A stretch of DNA of 64,000 bases from Chthoniobacter flavus (GTDB taxonomy: Bacteria > Verrucomicrobiota > Verrucomicrobiia > Chthoniobacterales > Terrimicrobiaceae). Of the stretch, positions 62,589 to 64,000 are shown piece by piece. The stretch covers positions 44,700-108,699 of the forward strand of contig CAMASH010000001.1 in NCBI GenBank assembly GCA_945860745.1, in the 5' to 3' direction. Below the pieces are notes generated by a model. It was not told the origin of the DNA and did not search any database. It was given only the letters and a program-made list of their open reading frames with translations. Position 1 is the stretch's first letter, and every line of letters begins with the position of its first letter. A program made the translations under genes and the position numbers.

Positions 62589-62660
62589 GGGTTGGTAGCT
62601 CAATGGTAGAGCAGTACCCTTTTAAGGTATTGGTTGTGGGTTCGAGTCCCACCCAACCCA
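62589..62660 (+). tRNA. tRNA-Lys (anticodon UUU)
   Basis: Hand-folded cloverleaf: acceptor GGGTTGG/CCAACCC, D arm GCTC-AATGGTA-GAGC, anticodon arm GTACC-CTTTTAA-GGTAT (UUU at 34-36), variable TGGTT, T arm GTGGG-TTCGAGT-CCCAC, discriminator A. CCA is not encoded. Confidence 0.9.
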
Positions 62661-62717
62661 CTCTCTGAAAACCTCAGAGAACCGCATGAATAAAGGCTCT
62701 GCGGGCCTTTTGCCATC

Positions 62718-62819
62718 ATGCACAATGCTGCACGATGCTGCACATAAACACCGGCATTTTTGGCGACATTTGGCGACAGATTGGCGACAAATGCCCCCTG
62801 CATGGCGCATCACGGGGGC
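62718..62819. repeat. Two sets of direct repeats spaced about one helical turn apart, plus a GC hairpin
   Basis: ATGCTGCAC at 62725 and 62735 (with ATGCAC at 62718). TTGGCGACA at 62760, 62770 and 62781. Then GCCCCC (62793-62798) … GGGGGC (62814-62819). Confidence 0.8.
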
Positions 62820-62825
62820 GTCGAA

Positions 62826-63070
62826 ATGTAAAATCGGTTTTACATATCCAAAACGGGTTTTGGATTTAGGCATATTCCAAACCGGGTTTTGGATTTAGGC
62901 ATATTCCAAACCCGTTTGGAATATGGGCAAATCCAACACAGTGTTGGATTTGGGCAAAAGTGAAACTCGTTTAACTTTCGGGCAAACTCAAAACCGGTTT
63001 GGAATTTGGGCAAAAGAGAAACCGGTTTCTGATTTGGGCAAATGAAGAACAGGTTCTTCATTTCGGCAAA
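62826..63070. repeat. Tandem array of ~9 units (26-29 bp), each a variable 14-20-bp palindrome plus a conserved TTTGGGCAAA-type linker
   Basis: Units are read directly from the sequence (listed in findings). The only ORF across it (62840-63061, minus) simply translates the repeat. Confidence 0.85.
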
Positions 63071-63370
63071 TGTAGAATGCCCTGCCCCTGCTAGGGAATC
63101 AAAACGATTCCACGGTCAACCTCGCGCGTCGTTTTTCAGCCTGTTTGGCTAAAATGCGATCGCGATTCCTCAAATACCACAGGTGGCGGCATTTGCGGCG
63201 GTGGGCGATGCCAAGGCGTTTTCTACGCATCGATCCACTCCTCATCAACTCCCGCACCGAAAGCTGGATCGGCCTGCTGGCGTTTCAACTCGCGCAGGAT
63301 AATTTCAACAGCCTCGCGGGCGTTTTCGTTCTGATCACTGATCTCGTTTTCGGTTTCTGGGTGCATGGGT

Positions 63371-63411
63371 TTTAAAAGGTGCGCTCGTCGTGCGCCATGG
63401 TCGACGAGCGT
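63371..63411 (-). terminator. Putative intrinsic terminator of the minus-strand operon entering from the right window edge
   Basis: On the minus strand: ACGCTCGTCG - 11-nt loop - CGACGAGCGC, followed by ACCTTTTAAAA. It lies 65 nt downstream of the 63476 stop. Confidence 0.45.
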
Positions 63412-63475
63412 GATTCCCGGCAATGCCGTGATGAAACGGTGGCGGCGGGATTTGCTCAGGCAAAAAAGGGTTCGG

Positions 63476-63787
63476 TCATCGGGCGGTTTGCAAGAATGCG
63501 GGCCACTGACTGCCCTGCACCGCGCTTGGATGTGGCATCGGAGTGATGTGCCTCGCGATCTCGGAGATGCGATGCTCGCATGGCATGTTGGACGGGAAGA
63601 TCAAGTTCGTGTCGAGGGCGGTTTGGTCGACGACCTTCCAGAGGGCGTCCTCTAATTTTGCGGTGGGCATGTCGTGGTCAAACTGGAAACGCTTGCCCCT
63701 TGCACGAAAAAGCCGTTGCAAGCGGTCGAGGTTGGCCATGACAAGCGGCCTGAGCGGGTCGGGTGCTTTGCGCCAGTTGAGAATCAT
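63476..63787 (-). CDS. Hypothetical protein (103 aa)
   Basis: ORF whose ATG lies 4 nt after the stop of the upstream partial ORF. No family recognised. Lower GC than the core genes. Confidence 0.4.
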   Translation of the reverse strand: MILNWRKAPDPLRPLVMANLDRLQRLFRARGKRFQFDHDMPTAKLEDALWKVVDQTALDTNLIFPSNMPCEHRISEIARHITPMPHPSAVQGSQWPAFLQTAR

Positions 63788-63791
63788 AAAC

Positions 63792-64000
63792 TCAGCCCTC
63801 GACGAGGTCGCGAAGCCATTGCACCGAACAGCCGCCCCAAAATTTAGGAGAACGCATTTCGGCGGCGAAATAATTCCGCAGATACCACGCCTCCAGAAAA
63901 AGCGAGGTCAAGATCGGGTCGGCGTGCAGGACAAAAACCTCATTCCAACTGTCGGTGTAGACCTGCTCGGTGAGAGCCTGCCCGTATTTTAAGAAACGCT
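63792..64000 (-). CDS. Hypothetical protein, C-terminal fragment (5' end outside the window)
   Basis: Open minus-strand frame from the window edge: …KYGQALTEQVYTDSWNEVFVLHADPILTSLFLEAWYLRNYFAAEMRSPKFWGGCSVQWLRDLVEG*. No family recognised. Confidence 0.4.
   Translation of the reverse strand, partial: RFLKYGQALTEQVYTDSWNEVFVLHADPILTSLFLEAWYLRNYFAAEMRSPKFWGGCSVQWLRDLVEG

Noticed and set aside
62840-63061. 73-aa minus-strand ORF with reiterated CPN.KPV peptide motif
   Set aside because: The peptide periodicity only reflects translation of the DNA tandem repeat. There is no start context and no plausible protein.
62826-63070. Possible CRISPR array
   Set aside because: The period is only 26-29 bp. 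The conserved part is about 10 bp and the variable part is itself a palindrome related between units. There is no repeat/unique-spacer organisation and no cas genes in the window.

Overview
High-GC bacterial chromosome segment. Gene content and repeat types suggest a Verrucomicrobiota/PVC-like organism, but that is inference only. The left third is core machinery: rplA(partial)-rplJ-rplL-rpoB-rpoC-rpsB-tsf. Next comes a urate/allantoin (ureide) catabolic cluster with molybdate uptake genes embedded in it. Three of its enzymes look damaged: an internally deleted uricase, a frameshifted allC and a frameshifted allE. The rest is mostly housekeeping or accessory metabolism: LarA-like/SDR/methyltransferase locus, K+ channels, corA, thiL, sppA, a ksgA-Nudix fusion, nagB, tgt, trpE/trpG, uvrB, futalosine genes mqnE/C-mqnA, hemW, ilvD and bcp. 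Four things stand out. (1) A dense repeat region lies directly downstream of tRNA-Lys(UUU). It holds about nine tandem units, each a variable palindrome whose two arms change together plus a conserved TTTGGGCAAA-type linker, and it is preceded by direct repeats spaced about one helical turn apart. (2) A 1143-aa C-A-TE NRPS-like protein appears to lack a carrier domain and every catalytic motif I could check by eye. Its stop overlaps the start of a membrane-anchored partner. (3) A RAYT (REP-associated tyrosine transposase) gene is bracketed by two near-identical ~139-bp triple-REP blocks. (4) A low-GC, in-frame Lys/Glu-rich insertion containing a 3x9-bp tandem repeat sits inside the rpoC trigger-loop insertion region. 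Several other palindromic intergenic element families are also present. No CRISPR array, rRNA, or recognisable defence or toxin gene was seen. All homology calls come from by-eye motif recognition and need HMM/BLAST confirmation.
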